From assembly GCF_963921235.1 (NCBI RefSeq), contig NC_086109.1, positions 33,358,001 to 33,422,000 on the forward strand: a DNA stretch of 64,000 bases, written 5' to 3'. Below are positions 49,319 through 61,128 of the stretch, one piece after another; positions within the stretch are counted from its first letter, which is position 1, and every line of letters begins with the position of its first letter. Made by a program: the position numbers and the translations under genes. Below the pieces are notes generated by a model. It worked only from the letters and a program-made list of their open reading frames with translations. It searched no databases and was not told where the DNA came from. Source of the stretch: Mobula hypostoma (taxonomy: Eukaryota).

Positions 49319-51594
49319 AGTGAACATCCTATAGCCTTTAGTGTCACATTCCCTTACCGCTATAGAGAAAAATTATGTACAGATTGACAAATACGCCTCG
49401 AGTGTGGTTTGGAGTATAAAGTATTTCAACCAGTACCTGTGTGGGAGAGAATTTACCCTCATTACTGATTATCAACCACTAGTGTTTGTTTTTAATCTAT
49501 AGAAGGATGTTCCACTAACAGCAGCAGCACAAATGCAGAGATGGGCTCCTCAGAGGTGGAGGACACAATTACAAGATCAAATTCAAAAGGATAGATAATC
49601 ATGGAAATGCTGATGATTGTCACATTTATCTTTGGGAAACCAAAATACCTGAAAAATTTACAAAAGAGGACACAGCTCTTGACATATTTTTCCTAAGGCA
49701 AATTAAAAGTCTCCTTACTGCAGCCAAGATGATCCAAAAGGGAAACCAGAGAAAAACCCACACTGCCATGAGACCGCAGAATGACTGACCAGAATGTGCA
49801 GCAGAAATTCCAGTTCCCCATTTTTACCAGCGCTGGAATGAGCTTGTCCTTAATGGGGGTTGCCTTGCATGGGGATTGAGAGTGTTGTGTCACCCAAGCT
49901 GAGAGCTGAAGTGTTGGTGGAGCTACAGGCCGGTCATCTAGGCGTGGTCAAAATGAAAGCATTGGCTCGAAGCTTTGGTTGTCTGGGATGAATAGGCAGA
50001 TTGAGTAGCTTGCCATGCACTGTTCAGGATGCTAACACATCCGGATGATGCCGAGAGCAGCACCTTTCCATCCCTGGGAATGATCTGCATTGTCCTGGCA
50101 GAGGATTTGTGTGGATTTTGCTGTGGGTGCAGCTACTAAATGGCCAGAATAGCCTCTACCACAGCCTTGCACACAGTTGATGTGAGAAATCCCTTCTCAG
50201 GACTGGTGTTCCAGAATATTTAGTGACAATGGACACAGTTTGCTGCGGAACAGTTTCAGTCTTCCTTGAAAATGGATGGAATAAGACGTATTATATCTGC
50301 GCCGAATTACCCCGCTATAAATGGCTTGTCCAGAGTCTAAAGCAATGTCAGCAAAGCACGCTGCACTCAATCAGAAGCTTGCCAACTTCCTCTTTGCATA
50401 TCATAGTGCAGCATACTTCAGAACCAGCAGCTCGCTAGTTATGCTGTTCCTCAGTCATCCCTCACGCTCCTCGAACTCGATCTCAGAAGGAATATGCAGG
50501 ACAAATGGTTGAGACAAATTGGGAGCTCCTCACATAAAAAGGTTTGATGTTTCACTCCTGGACAAGCAGTCCTGGGGAGGGACTAGAGAGATGATCGAAA
50601 GTGGGTGCTTGCCAAAGATCAAGGACAGAACTGGACCACTCTCGTACACAGTACAGGTTGCTTCCACTGTGATTAGGAGATGACACTTTGATCAGTTGAA
50701 GAGAGCATAGTCAATTATTAAGAGAAGAAAGGTGTCCAGAGCTGTCAGAAATACTTCTTGCAGTCCCAGACTCACTCCTACAATCACTACAAAGGAAGCC
50801 TCAGAACCTGAACTTGTTTCACAGCCACAAGTCTCACCTGCCAAGCAGAGTGATCCCCCTTGTCAGGAAAGGCATTATTCCACAAGAGTTTGAAATCCTG
50901 CAGCATGATGAAATCTTTAGGCCTGAATGGGACAGTGTAAATATGTGTATATAAAAGACTAGAGAGCAATATGTTACATACTTGAGATGCATTCTATATT
51001 GAGTTGTGAGTCTTAAGTTCTGTTAATATCAGTAAACATTTAGTAGATGTATTTTGAAGGAAGTATTGTGTTTATTGCTTGTCATTATTAAGATATCAGT
51101 GCTCCACGGGTTTACTCTTGTCTATACAGCATAGTAAAGGAGTGTTGCATGTGTGTCTTAGCTTGGTTAATACCGATTGCAGGAATAATCGATAGTATAT
51201 TCAGATGTGCAACAATTCTGTTTTGAAATTAATACATATTTTACTTAACTTCCTGCAGTTTCGCAAGTAAGATATCATTAAAAGTCCTGAAAGAAGCTTC
51301 CTTCTCGGGTGTTTTGAGAAGATTCTTAACTCATTGTACATCCACTTTGTGAAGGCAGTAGAGTTTAATAGAAACAGTGAAGCATATCACCGTTTGATTG
51401 GAAGCAGCGATCCCAATTGTGTTGTTTTGTCCTTCTATCTCTGAACTGGTGCGCATTCTGGGACCAATTCTTGCCAACCTCCTCCACATTTCATTCACCA
51501 AACAGAGAATCACTGGCCAGCTCTACATTTTGGCTCTCGAGTATACATTCCAGGCACCCAGTACTCTGTGAAAATAAATACATCTATGAACACA

Positions 51595-52127
51595 CTCCTG
51601 TACCTAATAAAGTGGCCACTTTATTATGTTCGTGGTTTTCTGCTGTTGTAGCCCATCCACTTCAAGATTCGATGTGTTATGTGTTCAAAGATGCTCTTCT
51701 GCACACCACTGTTGTAATACGTGGTTATTTGAGTTACTGTCGCCTTCCTGTCAGCTTGAATCTGTGGCTATTCTCTGACCTCTCTCATTAACAATGCGTT
51801 TTCACCCACAGAACTGCAGCTCACTGGATGCTTTTTTTTTGCACCACTTGCTGTAAACTCAAGAGACTGTCGTACGAGAAAACCCCAGGAGATTAGCAGT
51901 TTCTGAGAATCTGAAACCACTGCGTCTGGCACCAACAATCATTTCACAGTTAAAGTCACTTAGATCACATTTCTTCACCATTTTGATGTTTGGTCTGAAC
52001 AGCAGCTTTACCCTTGATCATGTCTGTATGCTTTTATGCATTGAGCTGCAGCCACATGAATGGCTGAATACATATTTGCATTAACTAGCAGGTGTATAGG
52101 TGTTCCTAATAAAGTGACCATTGGGTG
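51595..52127 (-). mobile_element. Second copy of the non-autonomous Tc1-like element (left TIR partly lost)
   Basis: Colinear with 15985-16504; right TIR ctaataaagtgaccattgggtg|ta. Confidence 0.8.
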
Positions 52128-52499
52128 TAGTTACAGTACATACATTACATCAAACCTGTCTCTGACGTGTCTCCAAAGCTTTCCTTCACTCACTTTAAAT
52201 TGATGCTGCCCTGGTTATTGGCCATCTCTGTCCCTCATGGTCTGATACACCTCTGTCAAGTCACCTCTCATCCTCCATCGTTCCAGAGAGAAAAGCCCTA
52301 GCTCACACAACCTTTCCTCGTTGGGACCAGCATCTTGGTAAATCTCCTTTGTACCCTCTTTAAAGCTTTTCCTCATTCTTCCTTTCATGAGGTGACTGGA
52401 ACTGAACACAATAACCTGTTGGCAAGATTGCACCGATGACTAACGGTAACATGTTGCAGACGGCTCACAAAACAATTAGATACTCTTTTTCTATATATA

Positions 52500-53027
52500 C
52501 GGAACTGTGCAAAAGTCTTAGAGATATTTATATAGCTAGGGTGCTTAAGACTTTTACACAGTACTGTATTTGTCAGCGTGGAGCAGGGAGCGAGTTTGTA
52601 AATCTGGCAGGAGCAAAGTATGTTGGGAATGGGGAAGGTGGAGCATTGTGGGAGGGGTGTGGGACAGGTGACAGAGAAGGCATGCAAAGGGGGGGGGGTG
52701 GGTGCGGATGTAGACACTCCCAACCATGGGCCACCAGGCAAGGTCATTTGATTCCAGACAATTGGATTTATTGATCATTACAGAATGTCTCTCTGCTGCT
52801 TCCCTCTCCCTTCTCCTTTTCCCAAACATAATTCCCCTCTCCCTGCCCTCATCCCACTTTCAGTCCACAATAGAGACCCATAGCAGAATCAGGTTTATCA
52901 TAACTCACAAATTTATTTTTATTTTGTGACAGCCGTACAGTACAATACATAAAATGACTGCTGTACCGTGCAAAAGTCTTAGGCGCCCTAGCTATATACA
53001 TGTGCCAGATACTTTTACACTGTCCTG
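52500..53027. mobile_element. Two ~70-bp palindromic Tc1-like mini-MITEs (52500-52567, ~52961-53027) in opposite orientation
   Basis: ctgtgcaaaagtcttag...ttaagacttttacacagtactg|ta; internal tatatagctagggtgc versus gcgccctagctatata. Confidence 0.6.
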
Positions 53028-54174
53028 TACTTCTGAACTGTGATTGATTGCAGCCTGCACTTTTGGCTTTGAGATGTATTTTTAGCCAACTAAATGATCT
53101 GCGATTTTGTGATCTCCTGGGGGGTTTGGTAAGGGTGAGAGTGAGAGTGAAGAGTGCAGGTATGTCATTGCTGCATATGCCTGTGTCGATTCCTGATGGT
53201 GGAACATAAGCCCGTGGTCAGCTCTCTTACTTCGTGCCAATTAGTGTGAGTAGGATTAAAATCGTTGAAGACAAGAGCAGCAAATGAATGGGTGTTCAGC
53301 GCCATCTGCCTGCATTTGACTGATCTCCCTCTCTTCTCAATGCTGCCTTTAGGCGGGAGGTAGAGGAGTCTTGGGTCCCACATCGACACGTTTGGGAGAA
53401 ATTGTTGCCCTGTAGCCACTGGCTCCTGGACAGGCTTGCCTCAGCACTGAATGGGTTCACTTTTGGGGATTCTGCAGTTAATGTTCTGTGTCTTATTTGT
53501 GTGCTTTTTTTATTGTTTGCAAGATTTGTTCTTTTTTTGTCCCTACATATTGGGTCTGATGGTCTTTGTTGTGTAGAGTTTTTAAAGTGGGTTCTATTGT
53601 GTTTCTTTGTTTTGTGGCTGTCTGCAAGAAGAGGAGTCTCAGGGTTTTATTGTACACAGTATACGGATTTTTATTGTAAATGTACTTTGAACTTTTAACC
53701 TTGAGTTTTTACAGAGTTACAGCATTGCTGTCGCTGCTCTTGAACTCAGTCCCTGACTAATGAAGGCAGCGTGCCATGCACCTTCATATTCACTCTATAA
53801 ATTTGTGTGGTAGCTCTGAGGGATCCAAGAACAATGGACCCAAGATCCTTCTATTCCTCCACACTGCCAATAATCTACCATTATCCTTGTACTCTTCCTT
53901 CCAAGTTCGGCCATCCATAGTGTACCACTTCACCTTTTTCCTGATCGAACTCTATATGCCACTTCTCTTCCCGGCTCTGTATCTGTCTATATCTCGAGCT
54001 TCCCTTGGCTGGTTATAGCTTTATAAAACTCCTTGAATTTCATGAAACTTTCATCGGCTGTGGTTTATCTTTATAAAATATTTATTTGGTGACGGAGGAC
54101 TCTGTACAGTTCTGTTTGCCACAGTATAAATAGGACGTGATGTCACTAGAGAGATGCAGACCTCTTCTGGTAAG

Positions 54175-55240
54175 GTGGTGATGCATTGGCTGCTACGGGA
54201 CTAACCAAAGTTGTTATTGTCTGAACTGAAAGTTAAGATTGATAGCTCGAGTTGGCTGCTTGTTGGAAGGGTTGTACGCCGAGGGTGGAGGTTAGTTCGT
54301 AAACATTTCATCACCAGTCGAGATGACATCATCAGTGCACAACTGAGTGCTGTTTCTGCCAAGGGCTCACACGTTTGTCCATTATATTTGTCCATCTTGT
54401 TGTTCTGATTGGTTGGCTGTTGCGCTGGCTGCTAGTCTCTGCAGGATCTCATCCAACTGGATAGCTGAGTGATCTCCACTAGCCCATATTCCTGGTTATC
54501 TGTTGTTGTGAGCATTAGTTCCTCGGGTGTCCCTGGCTCACTGCTTGGCCCTGATCCCACAGACACGTAGGTTCGTAAATTGCACCCAGTTGAATATGCT
54601 TCTTAATAGTCTTCAGTTGAGAACCAAGCTTCTAAGAATTTTCTTCATTTCTTGGTTTGTGCAACTGCCAGGATTTTTGTAGTTTCCAGATGAACTTGTG
54701 TCCTTCTTGGTCTTCATGAACTGAGATGAGTGACAGAGGATTGTGTCTTCTTACAGCTAGTCTCTTGGATGGTTTACTCCCTGTCTGTCCCGAATAGTGT
54801 TTGGGGCAATCTCCACATTGGATTTGGTATATTATGTTTGTTCTGTCCATGTGGGCTGTTGGATCTTTGGGTTTCGAGATGAGTGTTCTGATGATGGTGC
54901 TGGGTTTGTGTGCTACCATTATTCCATGTCGTTGGGGCAGACTTGCTGGACAATAAGAACGTAAAGTACTGCAGGACTACGCCATCAGCAAGTTGCTCAC
55001 AAGCGGAGAAACTGAAGGAGATGGACTTGGCGTGGACCATGTTGCTGCCACCTGCTACAGAGAGGCGTCAGAGTCACTGTACAAAGGTGCTGTGCAGTTG
55101 GACAGTGAGTGATTCTCTTAGTCGCTTTTCTTGTGATTGCAAGACCCTGTTGGACATTGATAATGTGAAATACTGCAAGTGCTGTTAACTGATTTATTGG
55201 CGGACAATGGTGAAGTTGTGTGGCCTTGGTCATAACGAGG
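54175..55240 (-). mobile_element. Degraded Penelope/Poseidon-type PLE (second PLE lineage) with degenerate hammerhead at ~54297-54338
   Basis: ORF 54632-54919: VAHKP...KPKDP...NIIYQIQCGDCPKHYSGQTG (GIY-YIG without the Neptune Cys linker); minus strand reads gcaCTGATGAtgtcatc tcgact ggtgatGAAAtgtt. Confidence 0.7.
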
Positions 55241-55283
55241 ACTAGGCTTCAAGCCTCGATGTGGCCTGTTTGCAGGTCCAGGA

Positions 55284-58200
55284 GAGAGGCGTTGGGGTCG
55301 GTGCTGTGAGAGGCGTTGGGGTTGGTACTGGAGGTGTCGGTGCTGTGAGAGGCTTTGGGGTCGGTACTGGAGGTGTCGGTGCTGTGAGAGGCGTTGGGGT
55401 CGGTACTGGAGGTGTCAGTGCTGCGAGAGGTGTTGGGGTCGGTACTGGAGCTGTCGGTGCTGCGAGAGGTGTTGGGGTCGGTACTGGAGGTGTGGGTGCT
55501 GCGAGAGGCGTTGGGGTCGGTGCTGGAGGTGTCGATGCGAGAGGCGTTGGGGTTGGTACTGGAGGTGTCGGTGCTGCGAGAGGCGTTGGGGTCAGTACTG
55601 GAGGTGTCAATGCGAGAGGCGTTGGGGTCGGTACTGGAGGTGTCGGTGCTGTGAGAGGCTTTGGGGTCGGTACTGGAGGTGTGGGTGCTGTGAGAGGCGT
55701 TGGGGTCGGTACTGGAGGTGTCGGTGCTGTGAGAGGCGTTGGGGTCGGTACTGGAGGTGTCAGTGCTGCGAGAGGTGTTGGGGTCGGTACTGGAGCTGTC
55801 GGTGCTGCGAGAGGTGTTGGGGTCGGTACTGGAGGTGTGGGTGCTGTGAGAGGCGTTGGGGTCGGTACTGGAGGTGTCGGTGCTGCGAGAGGCGTTGGGG
55901 TCGGTACTGGAGGTGTCGATGCGAGAGGCGTTGGGGTCGGTACTGGAGGTGTCGGTGCTGCGAGAGGCGTTGGGGTCAGTACTGGAGGTGTCGGTGCTGC
56001 GAGAGGCGTTGGGGTCGGTGCTGGAGGTGTCGATGCGAGAGGCGTTGGGGTTGGTACTGGAGGTGTCGGTGCTGCGAGAGGCGTTGGGGTCGGTACTGGA
56101 GGTGTCAGTGCTGCGAGAGGCGTTGGGGTCGGTACTGGAGCTGTCGGTGCTGCGAGAGGTGTTGGGGTCGGTACTGGAGGTGTGGGTGCTGTGAGAGGCG
56201 TTGGGGTCGGTACTGGAGGTGTCGGTGCTGCGAGAGGCGTTGGGGTCGGTACTGGAGGTGTCGATGCGAGAGGTGTTGGGGTCGGTACTGGAGGTGTGGG
56301 TGCTGTGAGAGGCGTTGGGGTCGGTGCTGGAGGTGTCGATGCGAGAGGCGTTGGGGTCGGTACTGGAGGTGTCGGTGCTGCGAGAGGCGTTGGGGTCGGT
56401 GCTGGAGGTGTCGATGCGAGAGGCGTTGGGGTTGGTACTGGAGGTGTCGGTGCTGCAAGAGGCGTTGGGGTCGGTACTGGAGGTGTCGATGCGAGAGGCG
56501 TTGGGGTTGGTACTGGAGGTGTCGGTGCTGTGAGAGGCTTTGGGGTCGGTACTGGAGGTGTCGGTGCTGTGAGAGGCTTTGGGGTCGGTACTGGAGGTGT
56601 CGGTGCTGTGAGAGGCGTTGGGGTCGGTACTGGAGGTGTGGGTGCTGTGAGAGGCGTTGGGGTCGGTACTGGAGGTTTCGGTGCTGCGAGAGGCGTTGTG
56701 GTCAGTACTGGAGGTGTGGGTGCTGTGAGAGGCGTTGGGGTCGGTACTGGAGGTGTGGGTGCTGCGAGAGGCGTTGGGGTTGGTACTGGAGGTGTCGGTG
56801 CTGTGAGAGGCGTTGGGGTTGGTACTGGAGGTGTCGGTGCTGCGAGAGGCGTTGGGGTCGGTACTGGAGGTGTCGATGCGAGAGGCGTTGGGGTTGGTAC
56901 TGGAGGTGTCGGTGCTGTGAGAGGCTTTGGGGTCGGTACTGGAGGTGTGGGTGCTGTGAGAGGCGTTGGGGTCGGTACTGGAGGTGTGGGTGCTGTGAGA
57001 GGCGTTGGGGTCGGTACTGGAGGTGTGGGTGCTGCGAGAGGCGTTGGGATCGGTACTGGAGGTGTGGGTGCTGTGAGAGGCGTTGGGGTCGGTACTGGAG
57101 GTGTGGGTGCTGCGAGAGGCGTTGGGGTCGGTACTGGAGGTGTCGGTGCTGCGAGAGGTGTTGGGGTCGGTACTGGAGGTGTCGGTGCTGCGAGAGGCGT
57201 TGGGGTCGGTACTGGAGGTGTGGGTGCTGCGAGAGGCGTTGGGGTCGGTACTGGAGGTGTCGGTGCTGCGAGAGGTGTTGGGGTCAGTACTGGAGGTGTC
57301 GGTGCTGCGAGAGGCGTTGGGGTCGGTACTGGAGGTGTCGGTGCTGTGAGAGGTGTTGGGGTCGGTACTGGAGGTGTCGGTGCTGCGAGAGGCGTTGGGG
57401 TCGGTACTGGAGGTGTCGGTGCTGCGAGAGGCGTTGGGGTCGGTACTGGAGGTGTCGGTGCTGCGAGAGGCGTTGGGGTCGGTACTGGAGGTGTCGGTGC
57501 TGTGAGAGGTGTTGGGGTCAGTACTGGAGGTGTCGGTGCTGCGAGAGGCGTTGGGGTCGGTACTGGAGGTGTCGGTGCTGTGAGAGGTGTTGGGGTCAGT
57601 ACTGGAGGTGTCGGTGCTGCGAGAGGCGTTGGGGTCGGTACTGGAGGTGTCGGTGCTGTGAGAGGCGTTGGGGTCGGTACTGGAGGTGTTGGTGCTGTGA
57701 GAGGTGTTGGGGTCAGTACTGGAGGTGTCGGTGCTGCGAGAGGCGTTGGGGTCGGTACTGGAGGTGTCGGTGCTGTGAGAGGTGTTGGGGTCAGTACTGG
57801 AGGTGTCGGTGCTGCGAGAGGCGTTGGGGTCAGTACTGGAGGTGTCGGTGCTGCGAGAGGCGTTGGGGTCAGTACTGGAGGTGTCGGTGCTGCGAGAGGC
57901 GTTGGGGTTGGTACTGGAGGTGTCGGTGCTGTGAGAGGTGTTGGGGTCAGTACTGGAGGTGTCGGTGCTGCGAGAGGCGTTGGGGTCAGTACTGGAGGTG
58001 TGGGTGCTGTGAGAGGTGTTGGGGTCAGTACTGGAGGTGTCGGTGCTGTGAGAGGCGTTGGGGTCGGTACTGGAGGTGTCGGTGCTGTGAGAGGCGTTGG
58101 GGTCGGTACTGGAGGTTTCGGTGCTGCGAGAGGCGTTGTGGTCAGTACTGGAGGTGTGGGTGCTGCGGGAGGTGTTGGGGTCAGTACTGGAGGTGTCGGT

Positions 58201-59099
58201 GCTGCGAGAGGCGTTGGGGTTGGTACTGGAGGTGTCGGTGCTGTGAGAGGTGTTGGGGTCAGTACTGGAGGTGTCGGTGCTGCGAGAGGCGTTGGGGTCA
58301 GTACTGGAGGTGTGGGTGCTGTGAGAGGTGTTGGGGTCAGTACTGGAGGTGTCGGTGCTGTGAGAGGCGTTGGGGTCGGTACTGGAGGTGTCGGTGCTGT
58401 GAGAGGCGTTGGGGTCGGTACTGGAGGTTTCGGTGCTGCGAGAGGCGTTGTGGTCAGTACTGGAGGTGTGGGTGCTGCGGGAGGTGTTGGGGTCAGTACT
58501 GGAGGTGTCGGTGCTGCGAGAGGCGTTGGGGTTGGTACTGGAGGTGTCGGTGCTGTGAGAGGTGTTGGGGTCAGTACTGGAGGTGTCGGTGCTGCGAGAG
58601 GCGTTGGGGTCAGTACTGGAGGTGTGGGTGCTGTGAGAGGTGTTGGGGTCAGTACTGGAGGTGTCGGTGCTGTGAGAGGCGTTGGGGTCGGTACTGGAGG
58701 TGTCGATGCGAGAGGCGTTGGGATCGGTACTGGAGGTGTCGGTGCTGCAAGAGGCGTTGGGGTTGGTACTGGAGGTGTCGGTGCTGTGAGAGGTGTTGGG
58801 GTCAGTACTGGAGGTGTGGGTGCTGCGAGAGGCGTTGGGGTCAGTACTGGAGGTGTCGGTGCTGCGAGAGGTGTTGGGGTTGGTACTGGAGGTGTGGGTG
58901 CTGTGAGAGGTGTTGGGGTCGGTACTGGAGGTGTGGGTGCTGTGAGAGGTGTTGGGGTCAGTACTGGAGGTGTGGGTGCTGCGAGAGGCGTTGGGGTCAG
59001 TACTGGAGGTGTGGGTGCTGCGAGAGGCGTTGGGGTCAGTACTGGAGGTGTCGGTGCTGCGAGAGGTGTTGGGGTCAGTACTGGAGGTGTCGGTGCTGC
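55284..59099. repeat. 3.8-kb G-rich minisatellite, 39-bp unit gagaggcgttggggtcggtactggaggtgtcggtgctgc (36-bp variant ...gtcgatgc), roughly 98 copies
   Basis: Directly visible tandem array; lies inside a non-autonomous repeat (~55243-59345) ending ...aatgacaattaaactgaattaaac. Confidence 0.97.
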
Positions 59100-59508
59100 T
59101 CTTCAGTGTTCACTCGCCAGGAGACCAGTTGTTTCGCGTTCGACTGCAGACTGCTGCAACACTCGTAGACCCAGAGACTTTGACTATTTTTTGTTTGACT
59201 ATTTTACAGCTACCTTTTACGTACTATATGTGCTTGTGCAGTGTGTGACTGTTCGTACTGTGTTTTGTACCTTGGCCCCAGAGTAACGTTGTTTCATTTG
59301 GCAGTACTCATGTATGGCAAAATGACAATTAAACTGAATTAAACTTACTCGGATAGGGGTTTCATTTTGGAGGAGAGACTGAATAAATGGGTTTGCCTTC
59401 CTTGGAATGGAGAAGGCTGAAAGGGAAGCTGGTGCATGTACACAAAATTGTGAGGGGTGTATATAGTGGGAAACTTTTCTGCATAGCAGAGATCTCCATA
59501 ATGAGGTT

Positions 59509-59780
59509 GACCCAAAAATCGCTGGACAAACTCAGGAGGTAAGGCAGCATCTGTGGAGGGGATAAAAGCTGTCACTGTTACAGGCTGAGACACTTCATCA
59601 GGACTGGAAGAGAGAATGAGCCAGAACTGGGCTTGTGTCCCCTTCCTTTCTAGTCCTGATAAAGGGCCTCGGCCCATAACGTTGACTGTTTATTTCCCTC
59701 TATGTATGCCGCCTGACCTGCTGAGCATTTTGTGTGTTACTGTTCAAGATTTCCCATATCTATCGATTCTTTTGTGTCTA
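59509..59780. mobile_element. Old palindromic two-armed PLE insertion within a CR1 3' fragment (~59345-59930)
   Basis: cttcatcaggact (minus hammerhead remnant) faces tagtcctgataaagggcctcggcccataacgttgactg (plus remnant). Confidence 0.65.
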
Positions 59781-60934
59781 TAACAAGAAGGAATAGTTTT
59801 AGAGTAAGAGGTGGGAAGGTTTGAGGGGAAGCTGAGGAAGGATTTTTATTGTCCACAGCGTGGCTGGAATTGAACCCTCGATCATTGCCATGGACTGGGT
59901 GGACTGAAAGGCCATTTCTGTGCATTTTCTATCGTGAAACTTGGAGGCAAAATTATAAACGGCTCTGTTGAAATAAAAATATTCTCAGGGGTTCAGTTTT
60001 TTTACCCTGAGCTGTCCAGACTTATAGGCATGTACATCCTCACCCTTTGGAGTATTATCAGGGTCAATAATCCAAGAAAGCAAAGTGGCCTTAACCAATG
60101 CATGTTTGTTTGTTCAGTGTATTGTTTTCCTTGTGGAATCATGAATTGTTTGATTAAGTCATCATTAATCAGACTTGGTATATTCAGTGAATTATCAAAT
60201 TGTTTTAATTCCTGCAGAAAACAGAAACGTCTCAATCATACCAAACAATGGATCATTAATTTATTATGTAAAACTTGCCCTTCAGATGAGCAATGCCTAT
60301 TAGTAGGTTAATATCTTGCTGTAATTCTGGTTGAGGAGACATTAGAGATTTGATGCAACCTGGTGTCTTGACTGCAAACAAAACAAAACTTTGTCTTTCA
60401 AGTTTCTACTTCTCTGCTTGCTGCCTTTGTTGCTGTAATGTGTGAGTGCCATTACTTCAAGCAGACAGCTGTCACAGTCTTTAATGGAAACCGTACAATT
60501 AATGCTCAAGGACAGTGTAATTGCTATAAGATTCTATACTGCTGAGTGTAAGCCAAAAACAACCTTGTTTTCAATAGTAATTTTTATGTAATGTTTCTCT
60601 GCTTAAGGAAAATCATTTGACCTCGTGCAAGCAAGAAAATTGTTTTAAATGTCAGTCATTTGCATACACTATATTACAGTTCAGGCTTGATTAGAGAGCA
60701 GTGCTCCTATACAGTGCTTAATTTAGTTTCTCTTTCTGTGGATATAGAAGGATATCTTCTCCATCACTTGTATTTTATACTGAGGTTACACACAACACTC
60801 ACACACACATTCTCTCTATTGTAGGGTGGTAGAACTTTTTATATTACTATAATCTTACATGAAGTTACCTGCAAAAGTAGATGTAGGCACTTTGTTTCAC
60901 TATATCCATGTCCATGTACCTGTCTATCATGTCA

Positions 60935-61128
60935 AAGCACTCAAAATACTGGAGGAACTTAGCAGGTCAAGCAGTATCTGTGGAAAGGAATGGAGTCGAC
61001 TCTTTGGGCGAAGTCCCTTCCCGAAATTCTGAATTTTATTCCTTTCCATAGATGCTGCCTGATCTGTTGATTTCCACTAGCACTTTGGGTGTGTTGCTCT
61101 GGATTTCCAGCATCTGCAGGATCTCTTG
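60935..61128. mobile_element. Short palindromic PLE insertion
   Basis: Arms meet at cccttc|ccgaaa; 14-bp TSD tgtctatcatgtca (60921-60934, 61129-61142). Confidence 0.8.

Larger units (their letters stand above)
45243..51365 (+). mobile_element. Degraded full-length Gypsy/Ty3 LTR retrotransposon (LTRs ~45243-45560 and ~51004-51335)
   Basis: Diverged direct repeats tgagtcttaagtt..taatatcagtaaa...gaagcttc..tctcgggtg..ttaactca; gag SAYVAELKKLSE..RLVCGI (~46960-47060); protease MELNTGFAVSVI (~47570); RT FSKVDLAEAYLQ (~48220); RNase H FTLITDYQPL (~49450); integrase GHLGVVKMKALARS (~49930); many stops and frameshifts. Confidence 0.85.

Noticed and set aside
55284..59099. CRISPR-like array (also 39928-40249)
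   Set aside because: No unique spacers and no cas genes; vertebrate-type context.
55261..59286. 1341-aa elastin/fibroin-like ORF as a real gene
   Set aside because: Made almost entirely of a 39-bp tandem unit without stops. It starts at GTG, has no signal peptide, the opposite strand is also open, and it lies inside a retro-repeat. Kept only as a repeat finding.
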